DNA of 32,000 nucleotides from Aeropyrum pernix K1 (lineage in GTDB: Archaea > Thermoproteota > Thermoprotei_A > Sulfolobales > Acidilobaceae), in NCBI RefSeq assembly GCF_000011125.1, contig NC_000854.2, positions 1,380,001-1,412,000 on the forward strand, in the 5' to 3' direction. Positions within the stretch are counted from its first letter, which is position 1; each line of letters opens with the position of its first letter. Below are positions 15,852-25,217 of the stretch, in pieces. The notes under the pieces were generated by a model. The model was not told where the DNA came from. It did no database searches and saw only the letters and a program-made list of their open reading frames with translations. Position numbers and translations under genes: made by a program.

Positions 15852-17222
15852 CTGGCTGAAACCTCGTCTAACTACTATGGATACAAGGGTGTTGTAGCCA
15901 AGCTCCTCAGTAAAGCCGGTGCTAAACCTGGCGATGTAGTGGAGGTTAGGAGGGGGGACGGCTCTGTTTTTAGGGGAGTCCTCATGCCCAAACATGAAAC
16001 ATCCCATCCCGATACTGTTGTCATCAAACTTGGGAACGGGTATAACATAGGTGTTCTCGTTGGTGAGGGCGACGATATTGTCGTTAAGGGTAGTCTGAGG
16101 CCGGGTACACCAGGGGCGCTAGTCCCCCTTCTGGAGGAGCCTCTACAACCCGCGGAGGAGAGGGTTTATATAATTGGCGCGGGCGGGACTATAGCTAGCC
16201 GTGTCGACTATGAGACTGGCGCTGTCAAGCCTTATCTAGATGCTTCTGAGCTCGCAACCACAATTCCGGAGCTCCAGAGATACGCCTCTATCGAGGCTGA
16301 GCAGCTCTTCTCTATACTGAGCGAGGATATGAAGCCGAGTATGTGGGAGGCTATAGTCGATAGGGCTGCAAGGGTCCTTGAGGCAGGTTATGATGGCGTG
16401 GTTGTAGCACACGGCACCGATACAATGGCTTTCACAGCCTCTGCACTCTCCTTCGCCTTCCACAAGGGGCTGCCGAGCCCGGTTATACTCACGGGTAGCC
16501 AGAGGAGTAGCGACAGGCCTAGCAGCGATGCCGCCTTCAACCTCACAGCCTCTGTGCTCGCGGCTTCACGGGCCCCCTTCGCCGAGGTGGCGGTTGTGAT
16601 GCACGGCGAAACGGGTGACACATATGCGCTGGCCCACAGGGGTGTTAGAGTTAAAAAGATGCACTCCAGCAGAAGGGACGCGTTCCAGAGCGTCAACGAC
16701 AAGCCCTTGGCCAGGATCTACCCCTTCGAAGGCAGGGTCGAGATGCTGCGGGACGACTATAGAAGGAGGGGCGAGTCGGGCCTCGAGGTCGACAACGGGT
16801 TTGAGGAGCGGGTAGCGCTGGTAAAACATTTCCCAGGGTTAATCAGCGAGGTTATAGATGCGCTGCTCGACAGGGGGTTCAAGGGCATAGTCGTTGAGGG
16901 CACCGGGTTCGGCCATGTAAGTAGCGACGCTATAAAGTCGATCGAGAGAGCTAGAGACCAGGGAGTCCCAATAGTCATCACGACGCAGACCGTATTCGGC
17001 CGTGTAAACTTAAACGTGTACAGCACTGGGAGGAAGATGCTAGCCGCGGGCGCCATACCCGCGGGCGACATGACCAGCGAGGCTGCCTATGCGAAGCTCT
17101 CCTGGATATTGGCTAGAACCCGGGAGCTGGAGGTGGTTAGGAAGATGTTCCAAAGAAATCTCGCTGGAGAGGTTAGCGAGAGGCACATACTGAGGCTATA
17201 CCGCCATATAGGAGGTGTCTAA
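15852..17222 (+). CDS. gatD: Glutamyl-tRNA(Gln) amidotransferase subunit D, apparently starting at CTG (track start 15939 appears truncated)
   Basis: IIGAGGTIASRVDYETGAV, VVAHGTDTMAFTA, VILTGSQRSSDRPSSDAAFN, VVMHGE asparaginase-type motifs. The frame continues upstream as LAETSSNYYGYKGVVAKLLSKAGAKPGDV, preceded by GGAGGTG. Confidence 0.92.
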   Translation: MAETSSNYYGYKGVVAKLLSKAGAKPGDVVEVRRGDGSVFRGVLMPKHETSHPDTVVIKLGNGYNIGVLVGEGDDIVVKGSLRPGTPGALVPLLEEPLQPAEERVYIIGAGGTIASRVDYETGAVKPYLDASELATTIPELQRYASIEAEQLFSILSEDMKPSMWEAIVDRAARVLEAGYDGVVVAHGTDTMAFTASALSFAFHKGLPSPVILTGSQRSSDRPSSDAAFNLTASVLAASRAPFAEVAVVMHGETGDTYALAHRGVRVKKMHSSRRDAFQSVNDKPLARIYPFEGRVEMLRDDYRRRGESGLEVDNGFEERVALVKHFPGLISEVIDALLDRGFKGIVVEGTGFGHVSSDAIKSIERARDQGVPIVITTQTVFGRVNLNVYSTGRKMLAAGAIPAGDMTSEAAYAKLSWILARTRELEVVRKMFQRNLAGEVSERHILRLYRHIGGV

Positions 17223-17224
17223 CC

Positions 17225-19153
17225 GTGTCTCGCATAGACTACAGGTCTATCGGCCTCAAGGTTGGCCTTGAGATACACCAGCAGCTAGACACTAGGGAGA
17301 AGCTTTTCTGCAGCTGCCCCGCCGAGCTTGGAGAGGAGGAGCATGACGAGTTCGTGAGGCAGCTTAGGCCCACGAGGAGCGAGCTGGGCGACGTCGACCC
17401 CGCAGCCCTCTTCGAGTGGAGGAAAGGGAGGCTCTACATATACCAAGCCCCCCTTAACCACTCCTGCCTTGTAGAGGCCGACGAGGAGCCGCCCCACCCT
17501 ATAAACAGGGAGGCTGTAGCGGTGGCTGTGGCAGTTGCCAAGGCACTGGGATCAGCAATAGTCGACGAGGTTCACGTGATGAGGAAGACTGTGATAGATG
17601 GGAGCAACACGAGCGGCTTCCAGAGGACGGCTATAGTGGCGCTCGGCGGCTCCATCAGGGTGGGCAGTAAGGAGGTGCCCATAGAGACTATAGTTATTGA
17701 GGAGGACGCGGCGAGGAAGGTGGGGGAGAAGGGTAGATACGTTGTATACAGGCTTGACAGGCTTGGCATACCGCTGATAGAGATAGCGACGGCGCCAGTT
17801 ATAGAGAGCCCCGGGGAGGCGAGGGAAGTGGCTCTGGCTATAGGAACCATGCTCAGGCTGACAGGGAAGGTTAAGAGGGGGTTGGGGACGATACGCCAGG
17901 ACCTCAACGTCAGTATACGGGGAGGGGCTAAGACAGAGATTAAGGGTGTGCAGAGGCTAGAGCTTATACCTAGAGTCATAGAGTACGAGGTCCTGAGGCA
18001 GCTGAGCCTGCTTAGGATAAGGGATATGCTGAGGGAGAGGGGGGTCTCTAGGGAAGAGCTGGAGAATGTAGAGCCTGTGGACGTGTCCAGCCTGCTGGCC
18101 GGTTCTAAGAGCAGGGTTATAAAGAAAGTCCTGTCTAGCGGGGGCAAGGTGATAGCCGTGAAACTACCTAGGATGAAGGGTATAATCGGCATGGAGATCA
18201 TGCCGGGCAGGCGGTTTGGGACGGAGCTTGCCGACTACGCCAGATTCTGGGGGGGCGTTGGCGGCATCATACATAGTGACGAGCTCCCGGGGTATGGTAT
18301 AACCGGGGATGAGGTAGAGAAGATATATGAAGCGGTTGGAGGGGATCCAGGGGTTGACGCGTTCGCTCTTGTTGCTGACAAGCCTTCGAACGCTTTGAGA
18401 GCCGCTAGAGCTGTTCTGGAGAGGGTTGCAGCCGCTCTCGAGGGTGTGCCGGAGGAGACGAGGGCGGCGTTGGAGGATGGCACGACGAGGTATCTGAGGC
18501 CGAGGCCAGGTAGTGCCAGGATGTATCCCGAGACCGATATACCCCCGCTTAGGATAGACGAGAATATACTATCCATGGCCGAGCCTCTGGTGCCGGAGCC
18601 TCCAGAGGTTGTTGCGATGAGGCTAAAGAAGGAGTACGGCCTCTCAGACCAGCTCGCATGGGAGGTGATAAGGGATGAGAGATACAGGCTTATAGTGAGC
18701 CTCCTGGAGAAATACCGTGGAACGCTGGAGCCAAGCTACGTAGCTGGCTTCTTCGTTGTAGTGCTACGGGGTCTGGAAGGCGAGGGTGTGGAGGTGTGGA
18801 AGGTTGATGACGCGATCCTCGAAAAGATCCTCGATATGGTGGCCCAGGGGGAGATAGCCAGGGAGGCTGCAGCAGAGCTTGTCAAGTACCTAGCTAACAA
18901 CCCCGGCTCCACTGTGGAAGAGGCTGTTGAGAAGCTGGGGCTAAGGAGGCTTTCAAGAGAGGAGGTCGAGCGCATCGTAGACGAGATAGTTGGAGGGCTG
19001 AGAGAAGAGATACTGAAGAGAGGCGAAAAGGCTGTGGGGCTTGTGATGGGAAGGGCCATGGCTAAGCTGAGGGGGCGGGCTGACGGGAGGCTGGTCTCCG
19101 AGATAGTCTCTAGAAAGATAAGGGAGATTCTAGACTCGGATGGAAAGGGCTAG
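17225..19153 (+). CDS. gatE: Glutamyl-tRNA(Gln) amidotransferase subunit E
   Basis: 642 aa; GLKVGLEIHQQLDTREKLFCSCP, GLGTIRQDLNVSI, PRMKGIIGMEIMPGRRFGTELADYAR with GAD insert and C-terminal YqeY-like domain; 2 nt after the gatD stop. Confidence 0.96.
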   Translation: MSRIDYRSIGLKVGLEIHQQLDTREKLFCSCPAELGEEEHDEFVRQLRPTRSELGDVDPAALFEWRKGRLYIYQAPLNHSCLVEADEEPPHPINREAVAVAVAVAKALGSAIVDEVHVMRKTVIDGSNTSGFQRTAIVALGGSIRVGSKEVPIETIVIEEDAARKVGEKGRYVVYRLDRLGIPLIEIATAPVIESPGEAREVALAIGTMLRLTGKVKRGLGTIRQDLNVSIRGGAKTEIKGVQRLELIPRVIEYEVLRQLSLLRIRDMLRERGVSREELENVEPVDVSSLLAGSKSRVIKKVLSSGGKVIAVKLPRMKGIIGMEIMPGRRFGTELADYARFWGGVGGIIHSDELPGYGITGDEVEKIYEAVGGDPGVDAFALVADKPSNALRAARAVLERVAAALEGVPEETRAALEDGTTRYLRPRPGSARMYPETDIPPLRIDENILSMAEPLVPEPPEVVAMRLKKEYGLSDQLAWEVIRDERYRLIVSLLEKYRGTLEPSYVAGFFVVVLRGLEGEGVEVWKVDDAILEKILDMVAQGEIAREAAAELVKYLANNPGSTVEEAVEKLGLRRLSREEVERIVDEIVGGLREEILKRGEKAVGLVMGRAMAKLRGRADGRLVSEIVSRKIREILDSDGKG

Positions 19154-19272
19154 GCGAAAAGGCCTCGGCAATCGCTCCCCCAGACATAGGCCCTCTAGGG
19201 CCTTTCTTAAAGGCCAATTATCCTCATCGGCCTAGACAGACTGCATCACCCTCTACTCTCCCTACTACCCCC

Positions 19273-20127
19273 CTAGCTTATAGGCAGTAGGAACACTCCC
19301 AACGTTACTATGGCTAGAGTTATTACAATTAATATTATGCTGTGTATGAAGCCCGCTCCTATAGTACCTTCTCTTATCTTACCGGCCATAAGCCCCATCA
19401 TCCAGGAGTTCAGCATCACGCCTATAGCGAGTATAAGGCCGACCACACCTATGTTCTCCGGCACGGCGACAACAGATGTCTCACCCCCGGGGTTGACGAC
19501 CTGCAGGGTCTTTATGGTGTAGCCCAGCATGACAAGTGTAGATGCGGCCACGATTATTGCACCGAGATATGGCATTATTATATAGATCCTAGTCCTCTTC
19601 CTGAATTCGTCCTGAATACTGACTAGACCGTATGTGTACCTCGCCAGGGCGTCAAGCACCTCGGGGCTCCCACCACCCACGCTTATAGAGTCCACCAGGA
19701 ATCTTAGGGCTGAGAGTGAAGCCCAGTCCTTAATTCTCCGGACCGAACGCCTGACAGAGTCTTCGAGGGACATGCCTAGCTGGAGGCTTGTGGCTATACG
19801 CCTGACCACCTTGGTAAGAGGCCCGTAGTCTCTGGCGGAGAGGCTTATTATACTCTGCTCGGGGCTGAGCCCGGTCTTCCTAGTCTCTGCAATGTCTCTG
19901 AGGAAGTTTGACATGGCCAATCCTATACCCTTGTTGGCTCTAGTTACGTTGAAGTGAGATACAGCCGGGGGGATGCTAACTACTATTAGGTAGAGCCCGG
20001 CGAGCCCCGATATTCTGAGTATGTCCGCCTTCGTAGGATCTTTACCAGCCAGGATACTGTTAACGCCTGAGAGGGCGTAAACAACGGGAAGTAATGCCAG
20101 TGCTAGGGGAAGGCTATAGATAGCCAA
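19273..20127 (-). CDS. Type II secretion system F / TadC-like membrane protein
   Basis: 284 aa; GLSPEQSIISLSARDYGPLTKVVRRIATSLQLGMSLEDSVRR...FLVDSISVGGGSPEVLDALARYTYGL plus several TMs. Confidence 0.8.
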   Translation of the reverse strand: MAIYSLPLALALLPVVYALSGVNSILAGKDPTKADILRISGLAGLYLIVVSIPPAVSHFNVTRANKGIGLAMSNFLRDIAETRKTGLSPEQSIISLSARDYGPLTKVVRRIATSLQLGMSLEDSVRRSVRRIKDWASLSALRFLVDSISVGGGSPEVLDALARYTYGLVSIQDEFRKRTRIYIIMPYLGAIIVAASTLVMLGYTIKTLQVVNPGGETSVVAVPENIGVVGLILAIGVMLNSWMMGLMAGKIREGTIGAGFIHSIILIVITLAIVTLGVFLLPIS

Positions 20128-20129
20128 CG

Positions 20130-21128
20130 CTACCAGGTGTCCTTAATCTGGATAGGCTCCTTGGGCCTGGCTCTGTCTACTAGCAAGAGCATGATTACGT
20201 TTATAGTCGGAAGCACCAGGAAGCTGTAGAGTATGAGCTGCGTTGTGCTGGCATACTGTGCCGATGCCACTCCACCTAGGTTACCATGGAACACACTGCT
20301 TATTGTGAAGAATATGTAGAACACTATGGTTGCTATGACAGCTACAACGAGATATATCTCTAGGTATAGTGTCATCCTCTCAGCTAGGAGCCTTATATCG
20401 TTTAGACGCCTCTCGAAAAGATCCTGCGTCCTTATCTCAAGATAGTGGATCACGTCCGACCCTACCTTCACTGCAGTGGTGTAGCCTAGTATGAAGTCTC
20501 TGAACACGCTGCTTGGGCTATCTAGGACATGCTCTTCCAAAGCGTCCAGGGGATTCTTGCCGAGAAGCCTTATTTTAGTCCTTATCATTTCCGCCTCTTC
20601 TCTCAACGCCTTAAATATTTTCAGGCTAGCAACCCTGTCTATAACCAGGCTAACTGGAACCCCGCCCCTCCCCATTATCGAGAGATAGGCAGCGAAAAAC
20701 GGCAGCTCCGTTTCTATACCCTCCTTTCTTGAGCCGGTTTTGAGCGAGGGATACATAAGACCCGCTGCAAAAACCATGAAGGGAGCAGAGAGAGCTATCA
20801 AGACTACTATCGCTTTAACAATTATGGAGAAACCGCTGAGTAGGGTCCAGAAGGAGAAGTAGACGCCGAGGAGGAACACTGCTGTGGATAATAGGAGCAG
20901 GCGAGACATATACATGACGGGGTAAACCTGGATACCAGCTATCTTTAGGTTCCTCTCGAGTTCGAACGTTTTTACAAGCCTTACAGCCAGCCACGAGAAG
21001 TAGTTGTAAGCTATATAGTCTACTATGTCCGAGAAGGTAACCCTGACTTCGGCCCTATACACTGCCTCCCCTTCTCTTTTCCTCCTCCTCAACCTGCGGG
21101 CTAGTGGTATGCGATCCAGTATCGACAA
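20130..21128 (-). CDS. Type II secretion system F / TadB-like membrane protein
   Basis: 332 aa; ELPFFAAYLSIMGRGGVPVSLVIDRVASLKIFKALREEAEMI..., C-terminal TM helices; 2 nt from the TadC-like gene. Confidence 0.8.
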   Translation of the reverse strand: MSILDRIPLARRLRRRKREGEAVYRAEVRVTFSDIVDYIAYNYFSWLAVRLVKTFELERNLKIAGIQVYPVMYMSRLLLLSTAVFLLGVYFSFWTLLSGFSIIVKAIVVLIALSAPFMVFAAGLMYPSLKTGSRKEGIETELPFFAAYLSIMGRGGVPVSLVIDRVASLKIFKALREEAEMIRTKIRLLGKNPLDALEEHVLDSPSSVFRDFILGYTTAVKVGSDVIHYLEIRTQDLFERRLNDIRLLAERMTLYLEIYLVVAVIATIVFYIFFTISSVFHGNLGGVASAQYASTTQLILYSFLVLPTINVIMLLLVDRARPKEPIQIKDTW

Positions 21129-21177
21129 ACCATCACAACCCCCGTATGTACCATAGCCTCGCCGGCCGGTGGCGTTG

Positions 21178-22920
21178 TTAAATTAACTCGGTTTTCAGCT
21201 CTTTCGCCGCCCTCTCATAAACGTCGTCTGGACTGTAGTAGTACTTGAAGATTATTGGCGCAACCTCCCTGTATCGCCTTATTCCGCTTTTTGCCATCCA
21301 TAGGAGGACAAGCTTTCTTCTTTCAATCTCGGCGAGGACCTCGTCTTTAGTAAGGCCGACAAGTTTACCTATCTCAGCTATAGCAACGCTCTTCTCCATG
21401 AAATGCTCGTGCTCTTTGGTGAAGGGGTTCCATCTGGCCACCTCTATAGCGTCTTCGCTAGAGGGCCCCGTAATCTCCCAGACATCGGTGACTTTACGCG
21501 CTATCCTATGGCCCTCTGGGCTCGCCGGGTCGGGGAGCCTAACCCTCTTGACAGCCAGGGCGAACTTGACCAGGGGTATGTAGCCTTCCGGTATGTTCAT
21601 AGGAGGCGATGTCAGCCTTCTTATCATAGCCTCTATAGTCTCGGAGTGTATTGTCGTGAGACCCCCGTGACCCGTGGCTAGGGCCTGGAAGAGGACGTAC
21701 GCCTCCTCACCCCTGACCTCACCTACTATTATCACGTCGGGCCTGTACCTCAGGCTGACTCTAACCAGGTCATAAAGGCTAATCTCACCCCTAGACTCTC
21801 CTGTCACGCTGAAACTAGGCCTCGATACCAGCTGCACCCAGTTCTCGTGGGGCAGCTTTATCTCGGGCGTATCCTCTATGGTCACAATCTTCACGTTGGG
21901 CCTCAGCAGTGTTGCTATTGCGTTGAGTGTGGTAGTCTTTCCGGAGCCGGTTACACCCATTATTATCCCGGGCATTCTATACTCGGCCATAAGCCAGAGG
22001 TAGGCAGCTATGTCCGGAGAGATTGTGCCACCGATTATCAAGTCTACAATGCTGAGGGGAGTGGCCTTGAACTTACGTATCGTGAAGGTGGAGCCCTGCG
22101 TGCTAACTTCCCTCCTGAAGGTTGCCGCGACTCTATGTCCCTCGGGCAGGACAGCGTCGAGCACGGGGAAGGCGACGCTTATGTGCTTGCCTGCTCTATG
22201 TGCCAGGAGGAGTATCATGTGGTCGAGCTGCCTCTCGTCTTCGAATACTATGTTGCTCTTTATGCTTTCGTACTCCTGGTGCCAAACGTACACGGGCCTG
22301 CCGACGCCGTCACAGCTAATGTCCTCTAGGTACTCGTCCTTCATGAGCACGTCTATGGGCCCGTAGCCCACGTTATTCCTGATCATGTAGTAGAGTATCT
22401 TGCTCCATGATATCTCCTCCACTTCGCTAGCCATCTTGATTCTATAGATGTTCACAATCCTCTTGATCTGGCGTATCAGGAACTCCCTCTCCTTCTCGGC
22501 GAGCGTGGCTCCCGGTATTGTCTTCAACTCTTCTTCAGTGGGGTGCCTGAGCTCCCAGTTCAGGATCTCCATGATCCTGTTGTAGGTGTCCTGCTCGACC
22601 TTGTTCATCTCAACCTCGTTTACATAGTAGAGATATTCTCCCGTGTCTTTGTGCTGAAGTATTATGACCCTGGCCCATGGGTCTTCGATGCTGTAGGTTT
22701 TAACAGGTTTATAAACGACGCTTAGCCTGAGGAGCTTCGCATCGAGGCTAGCCTCTATCGCTGGCCTGAGAGCCTTCTCCTCCCTTCTTATAACCTCGTC
22801 CAGGGTCTCGCTCTCCCTGAAATCGCTTCCTACCCCGCCAGGCTGGGCTAGCCTATCACCCTCAGACCTGCCGCGTAAGGCTGTCGGTAACCTTGAAATC
22901 TTCTTAAAGAGCCTTTTCAA
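21178..22920 (-). CDS. Type II/IV secretion system ATPase (TadA/GspE/archaellum FlaI-like)
   Basis: GVTGSGKTTTLNAIATLLRP (Walker A), IVTIEDTPEIKLPHENWVQLV, RPDVIIVGEVRGEEAYVLFQALATGHGGLTTIHSE. Confidence 0.93.
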   Translation of the reverse strand: MKRLFKKISRLPTALRGRSEGDRLAQPGGVGSDFRESETLDEVIRREEKALRPAIEASLDAKLLRLSVVYKPVKTYSIEDPWARVIILQHKDTGEYLYYVNEVEMNKVEQDTYNRIMEILNWELRHPTEEELKTIPGATLAEKEREFLIRQIKRIVNIYRIKMASEVEEISWSKILYYMIRNNVGYGPIDVLMKDEYLEDISCDGVGRPVYVWHQEYESIKSNIVFEDERQLDHMILLLAHRAGKHISVAFPVLDAVLPEGHRVAATFRREVSTQGSTFTIRKFKATPLSIVDLIIGGTISPDIAAYLWLMAEYRMPGIIMGVTGSGKTTTLNAIATLLRPNVKIVTIEDTPEIKLPHENWVQLVSRPSFSVTGESRGEISLYDLVRVSLRYRPDVIIVGEVRGEEAYVLFQALATGHGGLTTIHSETIEAMIRRLTSPPMNIPEGYIPLVKFALAVKRVRLPDPASPEGHRIARKVTDVWEITGPSSEDAIEVARWNPFTKEHEHFMEKSVAIAEIGKLVGLTKDEVLAEIERRKLVLLWMAKSGIRRYREVAPIIFKYYYSPDDVYERAAKELKTELI

Positions 22921-23055
22921 ACCTAATAGCCCCCTTAAGCCGGGCCTTGAGGCTCCTCAGGATAATATGGGTTAGCCGAGGCATAATATAAAGGTTTGAA
23001 GCTCAGAGAGGAGGCTGCATGAGTTGCTGCTGGCCACTACTTCTATGGCACGGTG

Positions 23056-23502
23056 TTACTCTACTTCCACATTCTCCTCGACGCTCACACCGTTTCTCAC
23101 TAGACTGTTATACACGGGGCACAGCTCCTTAACCTTACTAACTATGAGGTTAGCGGTATCTATGTCGACACCCTTGAATACGTAGCGGATGCTGAGGCTC
23201 CGCAACCCCTCGGCAACTTGTACATCCGCCGTGACGGCTACCCTCACGTCGAAGCCGTTATACCCGAGCATACGCCCAACAAGCCTGCTCATGAGCACTT
23301 CGCAGGAGGCCAGGCTCGCCGCCAGGAGTCCTAGTGGCGTAAGACCTCTCTCGGGGCCGCCAGCTTCTCGCTCGGGGTAAACGTCTATTTGTACACCCCC
23401 TGTGGTGACTTTGACAGCATCCCCGGATGGAACCGCCTCAGCCGTAACAGGCTTTAACACTATCTTAAACTTCTCCGAACTCCCAGCCATGTCAGCCACC
23501 AT
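23056..23502 (-). CDS. OsmC/Ohr family protein
   Basis: GLTPLGLLAASLASCEVLMSRLVGRMLGYNGFDV...and C-terminal LCPVYNSLVRNGVSVE carry the paired Cys positions typical of OsmC. Confidence 0.85.
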   Translation of the reverse strand: MVADMAGSSEKFKIVLKPVTAEAVPSGDAVKVTTGGVQIDVYPEREAGGPERGLTPLGLLAASLASCEVLMSRLVGRMLGYNGFDVRVAVTADVQVAEGLRSLSIRYVFKGVDIDTANLIVSKVKELCPVYNSLVRNGVSVEENVEVE

Positions 23503-23603
23503 ATAGACTCTAGGGTGAGTGGAGTTTTTAAAGATAAGTAAGTTTTTGTAGCTATCGTAAATCCCCGGTCTTATTGGGCTGAAGGTTTAAAACACAAGGC
23601 TGT

Positions 23604-23626
23604 ATTACATGTAATTATATGTAAAC
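23604..23626. promoter_or_regulatory. Candidate operator built from TTACAT/ATGTAA half-sites between divergent genes
   Basis: aTTACATGTAATTATATGTAAac: palindrome TTACATGTAA (23605-23614) plus a further ATGTAA at 23619-23624, 10-nt period. Confidence 0.35.
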
Positions 23627-23667
23627 TATATGGGTTTAAACGTTTACAGCTTCAAGACGATTGTAGG

Positions 23668-24555
23668 GTGGTATTGGTGGTTTTCGACGCTACGAGCCTT
23701 GTTTGGCTTCTCTTCTGGCTTCTCATACTGGCTTCCATGCTCAACCCTGTTCTGGCTGTCAGGAGGCTTCAGGCCGCTAGGCTGGAGCTGATTAGGAGTA
23801 TGGAGAAGAAGTATGGCTGGCGGGTAATAACTATGATACATAGGGAGGAGAGGGTATCGTTCTTCGGCATACCGCTGAGGAGGTTCATAGACATAGATGA
23901 TAGCGAGGCCGTCATCCGAGCTATAAGGAGCACTCCGCCGGAGAAGCCCATAGCGCTTATACTACACACACCCGGCGGCCTGGTGCTCGCCGCGAGCCAG
24001 ATAGCGAGGGCTCTAAAGAGGCATAGGGGCAGGAAGATCGTGATAGTGCCTCACTATGCAATGAGCGGCGGCACGCTCATTGCCCTAGCGGCGGACGAGA
24101 TTAGGATGGATCCAAACGCTGTCCTAGGCCCTCTAGATCCTCAGCTGTCAGCGGGTCCAACGGGCCCTGCAGTCCCGGCTCCCAGCGTTGTGAAGGTTGC
24201 TAGGATGAAGGGGAAGGACGCGCAGGATACTACACTGATACTTGCTGATGTTGCGGAGAAGGCTATAGAGGAGATGAGGGAGGTTATAACAGAACTGCTT
24301 AAGGATAAGATGGGTGTCGAGAAGGCCAGGGAGACGGCGGTTCTCCTAACCGAGGGTAGGTGGACGCATGACTATCCGATAACGTTTGAGAAGGCCAGGG
24401 AGATAGGTCTGCCCGTAAGCGATGAGGTGCCGCCGGAAGTCTACCAGCTCATGGAGCTCTACCCCCAAGCCCCGGCAAACAGGCCAGGGGTGGAATATCT
24501 GCCCCAGCCCATACCCTACCTCCCGGGCCAAAAGGGTGCTGGAGACAAAGCGTAG
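23668..24555 (+). CDS. ClpP/SppA-class (SDH-type) membrane-anchored serine protease
   Basis: N-terminal TM, PIALILHTPGGLVLAASQIARAL, VPHYAMSGGTLIALAADEIRMDPNAVLGPLDPQL. Confidence 0.88.
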   Translation: MVLVVFDATSLVWLLFWLLILASMLNPVLAVRRLQAARLELIRSMEKKYGWRVITMIHREERVSFFGIPLRRFIDIDDSEAVIRAIRSTPPEKPIALILHTPGGLVLAASQIARALKRHRGRKIVIVPHYAMSGGTLIALAADEIRMDPNAVLGPLDPQLSAGPTGPAVPAPSVVKVARMKGKDAQDTTLILADVAEKAIEEMREVITELLKDKMGVEKARETAVLLTEGRWTHDYPITFEKAREIGLPVSDEVPPEVYQLMELYPQAPANRPGVEYLPQPIPYLPGQKGAGDKA

Positions 24556-24655
24556 CAGCGGGACGGGGGCGAACTATTATTTAAACCGAAATCCTGTGCC
24601 AGCATATGCACAGCCTCCCTCATATCACGTTTGAATAGTCAAAACGCAAATCCAC

Positions 24656-24668
24656 ACTCTATAAAGCA
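24656..24668 (+). promoter_or_regulatory. TATA-like element upstream of the coxSLM-like operon
   Basis: cacactcTATAAAgca, about 55 nt upstream of the TTG at 24718; GGAGGAGGTG Shine-Dalgarno just before that start. Confidence 0.45.
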
Positions 24669-24717
24669 CATCCATATAGACATAATGGTAGAAACCCGTG
24701 TGGAGGAGGTGTAGTTT

Positions 24718-25215
24718 TTGGAAGTGTCCAAAGCGGCAACGCCTCTAGTGCGCGTAACTCTGAAGGTGAACGGAAAAACATACACACACCACGTGCCGCC
24801 GAGGATGCTCCTGGTACATTTTCTCAGGGATGTTCTTGGCCTCACAGGGACTCACGTCGGCTGTGACACTAGTAACTGCGGAGCGTGCACGGTCCTCGTG
24901 AACGGTAAGGCTGTCAAGTCTTGCACGGTATACACGTTTATGGTAGATGGCGCAGAGATAACTACTATCGAGGGTCTCGAGCAGAACGGCAAGCTCCACC
25001 CGATACAGGAGGCCTTCTGGGAGAACCACGGCCTCCAGTGTGGCTTCTGCACGCCAGGCATGATAATGACCCTCCACGACTTCCTCAGCAGGAACAAGAG
25101 CCCCACTGAGAGCGAGGTCAGGAGGGCTATAGAGGGCAACCTATGCAGGTGTACGGGTTACGTCAACATAGTAAGATCAGCCCTATGGGCGGCTGAGAGG
25201 ATGAGGGGTGGATAG
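24718..25215 (+). CDS. coxS: Aerobic CO dehydrogenase/xanthine dehydrogenase-family small subunit, [2Fe-2S] (CoxS-like)
   Basis: [24 protein letters not shown] and [11 protein letters not shown]...[10 protein letters not shown]. Confidence 0.94.
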   Translation: MEVSKAATPLVRVTLKVNGKTYTHHVPPRMLLVHFLRDVLGLTGTHVGCDTSNCGACTVLVNGKAVKSCTVYTFMVDGAEITTIEGLEQNGKLHPIQEAFWENHGLQCGFCTPGMIMTLHDFLSRNKSPTESEVRRAIEGNLCRCTGYVNIVRSALWAAERMRGG

Positions 25216-25217
25216 CC

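Noticed and set aside
17572-18201. 209-aa minus-strand ORF
   Set aside because: Shadow ORF inside gatE with Ser/Thr/Pro-rich composition and no recognisable motif.
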